Source: Planctomycetota bacterium
GTDB taxonomy: Bacteria; Planctomycetota; Planctomycetia; Pirellulales; UBA1268
DNA: 38,117 bases
NCBI GenBank assembly: GCA_003669255.1
Contig: QWPO01000060.1
Span: 1 to 38,117 of the forward strand
Direction of reading: 5' to 3'
Below are positions 1 to 9,306 of this stretch, piece after piece. The notes under the pieces were generated by a model. It worked only from the letters and a program-made list of their open reading frames with translations, did no database searches and had not been told where the DNA came from. The translations under genes were made by a program, and so were the position numbers. The stretch's first letter is position 1. Every line of letters begins with the position of its first letter.

Positions 1-1089
1 CCTCGCAACCTCATCAAGGGTGGCCAGGGAGGCACGCTGACCCTCTCGGGTGAAAACGTGTTCACGGGGCAACTTCAGGTAAACGTTGGCAACGTACAGA
101 CCGACCGGATCGAGAACGTGAGCGATCCGTCGCCGCTGGGGGCGGGCAATCAGCCGATTCGTCTCGGGAACGGCGCCACCGCCGGCACGCTCATCTACAC
201 GGGAGCGGGTGAAACGTCGAATCGCTACATCCAAGTCGGCGGCGGCGTTGCCTCGACGGCCACGGGAGGTGCGACGGTGACGAATAACGGCAGCGGAGCA
301 GTCGTGTTTACGGCCACGAGCACCTTCAACTCTGGCACCTTCAACGTTCCCCAGACCGGCATCGACCCGGCGGTATCCCGCTTCTTGACCCTGAGTGGAA
401 CAAACACGGATCTCAACACGATCAATGGTCGGATCGTCAACAACGTGAACTCGTCTGCCGGCGCCTCGCTGGTCGCCCTAACCAAGAGCGGTGGTGGCAC
501 CTGGGTGCTGACCGCTGCCAACGGGTATAGCGGCGGCACGACCGTCTCCGGCGGCATCCTCTACGTGAACGGCTCGCTTGCCAACGGGAATGCCAATAGC
601 GTCGCCAGCGGGGCGACCCTGGGCGGCACAGGTGTGATCGGTGCGGCCACGACGATTTCGGGGAAACTTTCCCCGGGCTTCGGCGGCATCGGCACGCTCT
701 CGTTCTCGAATGGGCTTACCTGGAATGGTGGAGGCACGGCGGGATCGACGACCGATTGGCTCTTCGACCTCGGCGCCGCCAACGCCTCGGATCTGGCGAG
801 CGTCATCGGCAGTTTCACGAAAGGCACCGGTTCGGTATTCCGATTCGATCTCGGAAACGCCACTGCGTCCGGTACGTATACGCTCGCCTCGTGGACAGGC
901 TCGACGACGTTTTCTGCGGGCGACTTCAGTTACACGAACCTCGGCGGTGGGAGTAGCGGGACGTTCGACATTGTGGGCAGTTCCCTAGTGCTCACGATCG
1001 TGCCCGAGCCGACGACGAGCGTGGGCCTTCTGGCATCGGTGGTTGCCGGGCTGATGGCCGTGCGCCACGGCCGACGCAGGACTGATTGA
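1..1089 (+). CDS. 5'-truncated secreted repeat protein: autotransporter-associated beta-strand (PATR) repeats with a C-terminal PEP-CTERM sorting signal
   Basis: Frame 1 is open from nt 1. The residues upstream of the listed Met58 (PRNLIKGGQGGTLTLSGENVFTG) align with residues ~170-195 of the downstream paralog, so the gene starts outside the window. PATR-type repeat: LTKSGGGTWVLTAANGYSGGTTVSGGILYVNG. The C-terminus VPEP + hydrophobic helix + RHGRRR is a PEP-CTERM signal. Codons are GC3-rich. Confidence 0.85.
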   Translation, partial: PRNLIKGGQGGTLTLSGENVFTGQLQVNVGNVQTDRIENVSDPSPLGAGNQPIRLGNGATAGTLIYTGAGETSNRYIQVGGGVASTATGGATVTNNGSGAVVFTATSTFNSGTFNVPQTGIDPAVSRFLTLSGTNTDLNTINGRIVNNVNSSAGASLVALTKSGGGTWVLTAANGYSGGTTVSGGILYVNGSLANGNANSVASGATLGGTGVIGAATTISGKLSPGFGGIGTLSFSNGLTWNGGGTAGSTTDWLFDLGAANASDLASVIGSFTKGTGSVFRFDLGNATASGTYTLASWTGSTTFSAGDFSYTNLGGGSSGTFDIVGSSLVLTIVPEPTTSVGLLASVVAGLMAVRHGRRRTD

Positions 1090-1113
1090 TTTCGCATACG
1101 AGGACCGATTGCC

Positions 1114-3825
1114 ATGAATACCTCTGACCGAATCCGAGCCATCGTGACGGCCGCAGCGCTGGGCTTTACCTGCGTTGCGGAGGCACAGCTGACCACCACC
1201 TGGACCGGCGGCGGTTCCACCGCACTCTGGTCGGATGCCGCGAACTGGTCGACGCCGCCCCTGGCTTCGTCCGGCACCTACACGCTCACGTTCTCGGGCA
1301 CCTCCAAAACGGCATCATTCAACGACTCTGTCACAGCCGTGAAGGCTAACATCATCGGCAACTCCTCCGGAATCCAGTTCACCAACGACGGCACCGCCGG
1401 CAAGAACGGCCAGTTCGTGCTTTCGGGCAGCGCGATCACGCTCTACGGTGACATCCGTTTCACGAACCCGGCCGCGGCGAACGCCGTGAGCATGACCGAC
1501 GAGATCAAGAACGATCTCGTGCTCACCTCGGCCAACAGCACGCTGATCTACACCGCCAGCTACGGGAATCTCGTCCACAACCTGATCATCAGCGGCGTCG
1601 TGCGCGAAGACGCGATCGGGAGAGTCTTTCGCAAGGGCGGCACCGGCGGAACACTCTTCCTGAGCGGCGAAAACGTCTTCACTGGGCAGATGCAGGTCTT
1701 CGTTGGGTCGGTATCCGTCGACCGCTTCGAGAACATCAGCGATCCGAGTCCGCTCGGAGCCGGCAACATTCCGATCCAGGTAGGCAACGGAACCCAGACC
1801 TGTTCGATCATCTACACCGGTAGTGGAGAAACCACGAATCGCTACATCGCCGTCGGTGCCGGGCCGGCGAGCTCTGCGTCGGGTGGCGCCACGATCACCA
1901 ATAACGGCAGCGGCCCGCTCGTATTCGACGCCGCCAACCGCTCGGCTGCGGGCACCAATCCCTTCGACAACGGCCGCTTTAACACGAACTATCAGGGCGA
2001 CAACACGGTCCCGGTTCGCACGCTCACCATCAACGGCACCAACTCCACTGACAGCGAGATTCGCTCCGAGATCGCTGATCAGGCCTACGCGCAGGTGACC
2101 ACGTCGATCCAACTCGCCAAAGGCGGCTCCGGCAAGTGGATTCTTTCGGGTGCCAACACCTATTCCGGCACCACCACGATCAGTGCCGGAACGCTCCAGA
2201 TCGGCACCGGCGGCACGACCGGCAACCTGGGCACGGGGCCGGTGATCAACAACGCGACGCTCGTCTTCAAGCGGTCCGACGACATCGCCTACGACCGCGA
2301 CATCACCGGCACGGGCTCGCTCGTCAAGTCCGGGGCGGGGGTGCTCACCTTCGGCACCGCCCAGTCCTACACAGGACCGACCTCGATCGAAGCCGGCACC
2401 CTGTCGATCGGTGAAACTGGCTCGCTCGCCGCCTCGTCGCGGATCACCGTCGCGGCAGGAGCGGCCTTCAGCGTGGCCGACGTGCTCACCGGAGCCTATG
2501 CCGTGCCGGCGGCCCAGACGCTCGGCGGCGACGGCACGGTCGTCGGCGGCGTGACCGTCGCCGGTGGAGCGACGCTGTCACCGGGTGCCAGTCCCGGCAC
2601 GCTCACGATCACCGACAACGTCACCTTTGGCTCCGGCGGAAACTACAACTGGCAGATGCTCTCGGCGACTGGTACCGCCGGCTCCACGGAATCGTGGGAC
2701 CTGCTCAGTGCCGGCGGCAGCCTGACGATCGCCTCGACGAACGTTGACCCGTTCAAGATCAACCTCTGGTCGCTCTCGGGCGTGGCCCCCGAGGTGAGCG
2801 GCTCAGCATCCAACTTCAACTCGGCGCAGAACTACACCTGGAAAATCGCCAGCGCCGGCGGTGGGATCAGCGGCTTCGCCGCCAACAAGTTCCTGATCTC
2901 CACCAGTGCCACCAACGGCACCGGCGGCTTCGCCAACAGCCTGGGCGGCGGCACATTTTCGATCGCACAGAGTGGCAATGACCTGAACCTCGTGTTCACG
3001 GCCGCTGCACCGACCGTGATCACGATCAACGTGGCCAGCGGCACGCAGACCCAGAGCCAGGCAGGCTATCCAACGCTCTCGGGCACGGTGCCGGTGGTGA
3101 AGACCGGCGGCGGTACGCTGGTGGTCAACGCCGCCAACACGGTCACCGGCTCGACAACGGTGCAGCAGGGCGAGCTGCAGCTCGCCAATGCATCGGCCCT
3201 CGGCGCAAGCAAGCTCGTGCCCGTCGCCGGCGGCACTGTTTCGCTCACGCCGTTCCTGGAGACCACCGTCGGCGGCCTTGCTCCCAATGCCGGCGGCCTC
3301 GTGAACCTGGCCAACGGCAAGGTCACCGTGGCGAGTGGCCTGAGCCCCACCGACCTGGTGGCCGCGATCGTGGCAGGCCGTGCCGACGGCTCCTGGACCG
3401 GCACGAGCGGCATCACCTCGAGCGTGGCGGCGTCTGACGTGGCCTCCAGCATCCCGCGGGCTGTGGGCTGGCTCGACAACGGCGACGGCTCGCTCACGGC
3501 GGCCTACGCAGCGCCCGGCGACACCAACATCGACTGGCAGGTCGACGTCCTCGACGCGAGTAACTTCCTGTCGTTCGGCAAGTTCGACACTGGGCTGTCG
3601 GCCACCTGGCTGGAGGGCGACTTCAACTACGACGGCGTGGTCGACGTTCTCGACGCCGCCGACTTCTTTGGCACCGGCCTCTACGACGCCGGGAACTACA
3701 ACACCCCGCCGGGAACAGAAAGCATCGCCGCCGTGCCGGAGCCCAGCACGTGGCTCATGACACTCGCGGGCATTAGTACCGTCGGCTGGCTGGCCTCTGC
3801 ACGGCGGCGTGCTCTCCACGGGTGA
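1114..3825 (+). CDS. Secreted PATR-repeat protein with a dockerin-like double EF-hand module and PEP-CTERM anchor
   Basis: 903-aa ORF with ATG at 1114 and GAGGA ~9 nt upstream. Signal peptide: MNTSDRIRAIVTAAALGFTCVAEAQ. Several PATR repeats (LAKGGSGKWILSGANTYSGTTTISAGTLQIG, LVKSGAGVLTFGTAQSYTGPTSIEAGTLSIG, VVKTGGGTLVVNAANTVTGSTTVQQGELQLA). Paired Ca-loop-like segments GDTNIDWQVDVLDASNF and GDFNYDGVVDVLDAADF. C-terminal VPEPSTW + helix + ARRR. Confidence 0.9.
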   Translation: MNTSDRIRAIVTAAALGFTCVAEAQLTTTWTGGGSTALWSDAANWSTPPLASSGTYTLTFSGTSKTASFNDSVTAVKANIIGNSSGIQFTNDGTAGKNGQFVLSGSAITLYGDIRFTNPAAANAVSMTDEIKNDLVLTSANSTLIYTASYGNLVHNLIISGVVREDAIGRVFRKGGTGGTLFLSGENVFTGQMQVFVGSVSVDRFENISDPSPLGAGNIPIQVGNGTQTCSIIYTGSGETTNRYIAVGAGPASSASGGATITNNGSGPLVFDAANRSAAGTNPFDNGRFNTNYQGDNTVPVRTLTINGTNSTDSEIRSEIADQAYAQVTTSIQLAKGGSGKWILSGANTYSGTTTISAGTLQIGTGGTTGNLGTGPVINNATLVFKRSDDIAYDRDITGTGSLVKSGAGVLTFGTAQSYTGPTSIEAGTLSIGETGSLAASSRITVAAGAAFSVADVLTGAYAVPAAQTLGGDGTVVGGVTVAGGATLSPGASPGTLTITDNVTFGSGGNYNWQMLSATGTAGSTESWDLLSAGGSLTIASTNVDPFKINLWSLSGVAPEVSGSASNFNSAQNYTWKIASAGGGISGFAANKFLISTSATNGTGGFANSLGGGTFSIAQSGNDLNLVFTAAAPTVITINVASGTQTQSQAGYPTLSGTVPVVKTGGGTLVVNAANTVTGSTTVQQGELQLANASALGASKLVPVAGGTVSLTPFLETTVGGLAPNAGGLVNLANGKVTVASGLSPTDLVAAIVAGRADGSWTGTSGITSSVAASDVASSIPRAVGWLDNGDGSLTAAYAAPGDTNIDWQVDVLDASNFLSFGKFDTGLSATWLEGDFNYDGVVDVLDAADFFGTGLYDAGNYNTPPGTESIAAVPEPSTWLMTLAGISTVGWLASARRRALHG

Positions 3826-4853
3826 TCGTCGTGACCAAGACCTTGATCGGTATGCCGAACATGCATCGCGTTGCAACCCGGCACCTCGGTGAGGCGCGTC
3901 CCATCTTGGGATTCACCCTCGTCGAACTCCTCGTCGTGATCGCGATCATCGCGACCCTGATCGGTCTGCTCCTGCCTGCCGTGCAGAGCGCCCGCGAGTC
4001 GGCCCGGCGAACGCAGTGCGCCAACAGCCTTCGCCAGATCGGCCTCTCCGCCCATGGCTACGAGAGCGCAAAGAAGTTCCTCGTACCGTCGTTCCTCGGC
4101 GACAACTCGCTGATCAGCCAAGCGGGCGGCTACAACTCGTGGCCGACGTGGGCGGCGCTTATCCTGCCCTACATGGAGGAGAAGTCGATCGCCGACCTCT
4201 GGGATCTCAAACGGGTGGTGGCTGCCCAGACGCCCGCTGCCTATCAGACCCCGGTGAAGATGTATTCCTGTCCGTCGCGGCTGCCACCGGTACTCAGCCA
4301 GAACGACTTCGCCACGCCCGGAGGTACGACGTCGGACTACGCGGCCTGTTTCGGAACGCTGATCACGCCCGCGAGCGATACGACCTTTAGTCAGGCCAAT
4401 GGTGCCGTCGTGCCGGCGATCCCATCGATCGGTCCGGGCGACGCGAAGGGCCCAGTGCTTCTGTCGTCGCGACACCAAGTGCCGATCGGCAAGGTCAAGG
4501 ATGGTACGAGCAAGACGGCCATGTTCGGAGAGAAGTGGATCTCGCCCACCGAACCACGCGGCAAGAACGGCGACGCCAGCGTCTACAGCGGCATCCGCAA
4601 CACGCAGCGACGGATGATGGGCTACAGCGTCCCGGAGAGCGGCAACCGAAAGCTGCTTGCGCCCACCTACACGGTCAGCGACGTGCCGATCTCGATTCCG
4701 GGAAGTTATTTCGGTGGTCCACACCCGGAAACGACGTTATTCGTGTTCGTCGATGGACACGTGCAGCCCGTTTCCAATGCCGCTGCCAACGAGGTGCTCA
4801 CGGCAATCGCCACGAGAAGCGGTGAGGAGTCAGTCGACACCAACGGGCTCTGA
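3822..4853 (+). CDS. DUF1559 family protein (prepilin-type N-terminal cleavage/methylation domain plus H-X9-DG C-terminal motif)
   Basis: GFTLVELLVVIAIIATLIGLLLPAVQSARESARRTQC is a class-III (pilin-like) signal and N-terminal helix. The C-terminal GGPHPETTLFVFVDGHV fits H-X9-DG. The listed GTG at 3822 overlaps the upstream stop (GTGA). In-frame ATGs at 3852 or 3861 would give a shorter, more typical leader, so the start is uncertain. Confidence 0.9.
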   Translation: MIVVTKTLIGMPNMHRVATRHLGEARPILGFTLVELLVVIAIIATLIGLLLPAVQSARESARRTQCANSLRQIGLSAHGYESAKKFLVPSFLGDNSLISQAGGYNSWPTWAALILPYMEEKSIADLWDLKRVVAAQTPAAYQTPVKMYSCPSRLPPVLSQNDFATPGGTTSDYAACFGTLITPASDTTFSQANGAVVPAIPSIGPGDAKGPVLLSSRHQVPIGKVKDGTSKTAMFGEKWISPTEPRGKNGDASVYSGIRNTQRRMMGYSVPESGNRKLLAPTYTVSDVPISIPGSYFGGPHPETTLFVFVDGHVQPVSNAAANEVLTAIATRSGEESVDTNGL

Positions 4854-5008
4854 GCGGCGGGCCGGCCCCACCAAATCCTTGCCCGCGTGTCATCTCTGGC
4901 CTATTTTCGGGGACTGGCGATCGTTTGAAAGGACTGTTGCGTAAAGAGGTTTGTTCCTCCTCCTGATCCGCGTGATTGGGAGCCCACTCGGCACGACGTG
5001 ATCAACCC

Positions 5009-8000
5009 ATGGCACCGCGCAGCAGGCACACCCGAAGACGGATAACGACCGCACGCCTTCCGGGCGGCGAACCGCTCGAGCAGCGGCGGCTCCTTGCGGT
5101 CACGGCATCGGTTACCTCCGGTGAACTGCGGATCGGCTTCACGTCGTCGGCTGCCGCTGAGCAGGTGGCTCGGCTTTCGAGTGACGGTACGAACTACACC
5201 GTCCGCAACACCAACAACGTCTCCATCGGCACTTTCGCCGTGTCGGCGGTGAACTCGATCACGGTCACCGGACTCACTACGGTGGAACGCTTTGAGATTC
5301 CTTCGACGAGCACCCGCGAGATCGCTGACCCGATCACCGTCGCGGCCACAGTCGAAACGACTGCCATTGGCCGGGCAATCGCCACGTCATCGGGCGGCGT
5401 ACAGATCGGCTCCCCGGCTATCACGCTCACCGCTGACGTGACCACAGCCGCCGCCCAGACCTATGCCGGCAACGTCACCCTCGCCACCGGCTCCATCGTG
5501 ACTGCCTCGACTGGGGCGGCTGACATCCGCTTCGAGAGCACGGTCACCGGTGTCTCGGGCAGCGTCCTCGTGGTCGAAACAGCCGGCTCGGCCGTGGTGC
5601 TCGGAGGGTTGTCGGGATCCGCCCGGCTGGTGAAGCGCGGCGTCGGCGGCCTTCGGTTGCCCTCCGCTGCCGCATTCGACGGTGGCACGGCAGTCGAGGC
5701 GGGCGAACTGACGGTGGCGCGTACGAAGGGACTGGGAGCGGGTGGTCTTCAGGTGACCGCGAACGCGAAACTGAAACTCGATGCCGGCACGTCGTTGCTC
5801 GATGTCGCAAGCCTCGCTGCGGCGACCGGTGGGCAGATCGATATCGGGGTCGGAGGCCTGAGGATTGCGGCCGGCGGATATGACCTCGCGGCCGTTCGGA
5901 GCATGCTCGTGACCGGTCGGGCCGGCGGCTCCTGGCAGGGCGCGTCGGGCATCGTTTCCCGAGACGCAGCTGCCGCGTCCGGTCGCAGCATCGGCATGGT
6001 TGTTGGCGATGACGGTAGCCTGCGGGTCGCGTTTGGTGCCGATGGCGACACCAACATCGACGGCTACACCGACGCGCTCGATGCCACCAACATGCTCACC
6101 GGGGCCAAGTTCGACACGGGCCGCACCGCGTCGTGGACCGACGGCGACAATAACTATGACGAAGTGTTCGACATTCTCGACGTCGCCAACTTTTTTACGA
6201 ACGCGCTCTATGACGCTGGACCGTACCTACCAGTATCGACAGTCCCGACGCGGTTCTCTGAAGCGTGGGAGTCCCTGGCCACGGCCACGCTTCCGGCTTC
6301 GGCGTGGCAGTTGCAGACTGGCGGCTGGGGTGCCATCGAGCAGCAGGACGTCCGCAACGCCGGACGCAAGCACGCCGTCGCCGCCGGTCAGGCCACCCGC
6401 CTGATGCGACCGGTCGATCTCGCGGCACAGGATCACGTGGTGCTCCAGGGCTGGCTCTTCAGCACCGGCAGCACGGATCGCAGCATGCTGGGCCTGGCGT
6501 CATTCCCAACCGTGACCAACAACGCCCTCGTCCAGATGGGTGCCACCGGCAAGAGCACCTACCGGATCGAGTACGGCAACCTGGCCGCCGGGTCGACGCC
6601 GATCGAGATCGATACCACGCTGCCCGTCGAGGCCGGCTGGCACTTCATGCGGCTCGAACTCGTCCGCGACACCACTGACGCGACGCTCTGGCAGGCCACC
6701 TGGCGCGGCTGGAACACCGCCCGCACCATCGAGAAAACGCAGTCGTTCAGCTGGCGGTTCGACTCCGCCGGCGTCAACTGGGCAACACTCGGCTCCGCTG
6801 CGGCCACGGCCGGCGCCGTCGCCTGGGACAACGTCGACATCGGCCCGCTGGGCAGGGTCGGCCCGCCGCCGGCGCTGCCCACGACGGCTTCGCAGGTGGT
6901 CGGCACGGCCTCGTCGAACCTCGCGGGCTGGGAGCCATCCAAGGCGGTCGACGGCAACGTGGGCACGATCTACTCCTCGACGAGCCGCGGCGCAACGGCC
7001 GTGGCCACCGAGTGGGTGGCGCTCGACGTCGGGAAGGTCGCCACCATGTCTGGGCTGACGATCTATCCCCGCGGCAATGCCTGCTTCCCGGTCGATTACC
7101 AGATCCAGTCGTCCACCGACATGATCAGCTGGACGACGGTGCCCGGGATGACCTTCACCGGCCAGACCGCCCCCGCCACGAGCGTGACGCACACCTTCGC
7201 GTCGGCCATCCAGGCGCGAGGACTACGAATCTATGCCACGAAACTCTCGTCCGACGGGTTCAACCACTACCTGCAGATCGCCGACATGCAGGTGCCTGAG
7301 TTCCTGCCGTCGGACCTGCAAGCCTGGGTGAGCCCGGCGGAACTTCGCGACAAGAAGGTGATCAACACCGGTATCTTTTCGCGGGTGAACCCCGCAGACC
7401 CCGACTGGCCGTCGCCGCAGTATCTCGCGACCCATCCCGACTACCTCGCCAACACCCCCTTCGACGGGCTCACCATCCCGGTGCCGATCGATCCGGCCTG
7501 GACGACATCGCAGGGCCTCGTGTCGCAGCCGGTGTATGGGCTCAACCAGCTCACGATGCTCAACGTGCCGATCCCCTGGTCGGTGGTCCAGGGCGCGGTC
7601 AACGACCTGAAGCAGGTGCAGTGGGGCCACGTCACCGACAACTTCCTGTGGTATGGATTCAGCGAGTTCGCCTCCGACGAAGACGCCGCCACCAAGTCGG
7701 TGAACCCAAGTAGCTCGGCCGACTGGAATGTGGTCGTCCAGAATGCGGCGATCTGCGCCCGGATGTGCCGGGAGGCCGGACTCAAGGGCTTCATGATGGA
7801 TCCCGAGCAGTACGGCCATTACCCCACGGGCGAGTACTACCCGTTCGGCCTCGGCACCGCGGCGACCTGGCGGGCCCGCGGCGAGCAGTGGATCAGGGCC
7901 GTGCAGGCGGAGTATCCGGAGATCCTCCTCAACTCGTTTTTCTCGTGGGGCCCCGAGAGCGAGCCGGGGGGCTGGGACGACTACCCCAACCTGTCGCACT

Positions 8001-9298
8001 TCATGGACGGCGTGCTGGCGGGCATCGAGGCGCCGGCCCGGATCATCCACGGCTGGGAGTCGACGTTCTGGTACGGCATGAACCGCACGATTGACGGCGT
8101 CTCGACCCAGTACGCCGGCGACCGCACCGTCTACGCCCAGACCCGCAGTGACATTCGGAACTCATGGCGGGCCTTCAGCGACAATCCGGCGAAATACGAC
8201 GCCTTCGTCGACGTCGGCATGGCCGCCTGGGTGGATAGCGATCCGTACAACCTGCCCGACGGCTGGCCGACGGGATTCCTCAACGATCCCGGCCCGTGGT
8301 CCAACCTCGCCGCCACGCTCGCCTACAGCGACGAGTATGTCTGGACGTGGAGCGAGCACACGAACTACCCGCAGACGCGGGGCGTGCTCAATCCGTTCCT
8401 CGCGTCGCTTGCGAACCGCACGTTCAACACCGGTGCCGAACAGGCCACCGCCTTCACCGAAGACTTCACGACCGACCCGATGAAGAATGGCTGGTCGTTC
8501 GACTTCAACATGCTCGACATTGGCCGCGACATCGGCCGGCTCTCGGTCGCGATGACCACCGACTCCCTCGCCTACGCCTGGTCACAGGCAGATGGCGCCG
8601 TAGACGTGCGCGGCAACTGGAAGCGGGGGGCCTTCGACGCGATCGAAGGGCTCGCGGCAGCCCAGCGGCGGCGATACACGAAGCCGATCGAGGCGGTGAC
8701 CCGTTCGAGCGATATCCATTCGGAAATCGACTTCACTGTCGAAGCCTTTGGCAGCGACCCGGACAACCCGATTCTGCTGGGTCTATTCCACAGCCAGGCC
8801 ACGACCGACCGGCAATCGCTCTGCCTGCGAATCATCGACGGTTCGACCGCGAGCATCGTCCTCGCCGGTGACGGCACGCCATTCTCGCTACCGCTGACTC
8901 CCGTCTCACCGCTCACCGTCGGCACCAACTACCGCGTCGTGCTCGACTACGCCGCCGCCACGCGAACGCTTTCGGCGCAGCTGCTCGCTCGCGGTGGCAT
9001 GACGACCGTCGCGACGGCGACCGCCACGGTGCCTGCGACCGTCGGTTCGTTCGTCCTCGACGAGGCGGGCCTCGCCCAGCGGGAAACGGCCATCGACACG
9101 TTGGCAGCCCAGGCCCATCGGTTCCGTCTCGACGCCTTCGCGTTCGGCGCAGCCCTGCCGGCACAGGCAGTGACTGCCGCCTCCGTGACCACGAGCCAGG
9201 CGACCCCGATCTCCTCCACCGAACTCGCCCTCGCCGCCCTGGCATATGAGCAGCCAAAGACCGTCGGCACGACCGGGGCGAAGAAGCGGTTGATCTGA
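5009..9298 (+). CDS. Large (~1430 aa) secreted multidomain protein: PATR-like region, internal dockerin-like module, LamG/jelly-roll-like region, F5/8 type C (discoidin) domain, unassigned ~380-aa core, second jelly-roll-like region
   Basis: Uninterrupted ORF. The track start is TTG 4976; the first ATG is in frame at 5009 (MAPRSRHTRRR...). The N-terminus is Arg-rich and followed by LEQRRLLAV, not a classical hydrophobic signal. PATR-like LVKRGVGGLRLPSAAAFDGGTAVEAGELTVAR. Dockerin-like GDTNIDGYTDALDATNM / GDNNYDEVFDILDVANF (~nt 6040-6190). Discoidin-like stretch WEPSKAVDGNVGTIYSS...WVALDVG...GLTIYPR...YQIQSS.D.ISWTTV...GLRIYATK (~6884-7296). Confidence 0.85.
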   Translation: MAPRSRHTRRRITTARLPGGEPLEQRRLLAVTASVTSGELRIGFTSSAAAEQVARLSSDGTNYTVRNTNNVSIGTFAVSAVNSITVTGLTTVERFEIPSTSTREIADPITVAATVETTAIGRAIATSSGGVQIGSPAITLTADVTTAAAQTYAGNVTLATGSIVTASTGAADIRFESTVTGVSGSVLVVETAGSAVVLGGLSGSARLVKRGVGGLRLPSAAAFDGGTAVEAGELTVARTKGLGAGGLQVTANAKLKLDAGTSLLDVASLAAATGGQIDIGVGGLRIAAGGYDLAAVRSMLVTGRAGGSWQGASGIVSRDAAAASGRSIGMVVGDDGSLRVAFGADGDTNIDGYTDALDATNMLTGAKFDTGRTASWTDGDNNYDEVFDILDVANFFTNALYDAGPYLPVSTVPTRFSEAWESLATATLPASAWQLQTGGWGAIEQQDVRNAGRKHAVAAGQATRLMRPVDLAAQDHVVLQGWLFSTGSTDRSMLGLASFPTVTNNALVQMGATGKSTYRIEYGNLAAGSTPIEIDTTLPVEAGWHFMRLELVRDTTDATLWQATWRGWNTARTIEKTQSFSWRFDSAGVNWATLGSAAATAGAVAWDNVDIGPLGRVGPPPALPTTASQVVGTASSNLAGWEPSKAVDGNVGTIYSSTSRGATAVATEWVALDVGKVATMSGLTIYPRGNACFPVDYQIQSSTDMISWTTVPGMTFTGQTAPATSVTHTFASAIQARGLRIYATKLSSDGFNHYLQIADMQVPEFLPSDLQAWVSPAELRDKKVINTGIFSRVNPADPDWPSPQYLATHPDYLANTPFDGLTIPVPIDPAWTTSQGLVSQPVYGLNQLTMLNVPIPWSVVQGAVNDLKQVQWGHVTDNFLWYGFSEFASDEDAATKSVNPSSSADWNVVVQNAAICARMCREAGLKGFMMDPEQYGHYPTGEYYPFGLGTAATWRARGEQWIRAVQAEYPEILLNSFFSWGPESEPGGWDDYPNLSHFMDGVLAGIEAPARIIHGWESTFWYGMNRTIDGVSTQYAGDRTVYAQTRSDIRNSWRAFSDNPAKYDAFVDVGMAAWVDSDPYNLPDGWPTGFLNDPGPWSNLAATLAYSDEYVWTWSEHTNYPQTRGVLNPFLASLANRTFNTGAEQATAFTEDFTTDPMKNGWSFDFNMLDIGRDIGRLSVAMTTDSLAYAWSQADGAVDVRGNWKRGAFDAIEGLAAAQRRRYTKPIEAVTRSSDIHSEIDFTVEAFGSDPDNPILLGLFHSQATTDRQSLCLRIIDGSTASIVLAGDGTPFSLPLTPVSPLTVGTNYRVVLDYAAATRTLSAQLLARGGMTTVATATATVPATVGSFVLDEAGLAQRETAIDTLAAQAHRFRLDAFAFGAALPAQAVTAASVTTSQATPISSTELALAALAYEQPKTVGTTGAKKRLI

Positions 9299-9306
9299 CG
9301 CCAGCC

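Noticed and set aside
4859-4868. GGGCCGGCCC palindrome just after the DUF1559 stop, considered as a possible terminator.
   Set aside because: There is no loop and it is only 10 nt, so it cannot form a meaningful hairpin. In GC-rich DNA such palindromes arise by chance.
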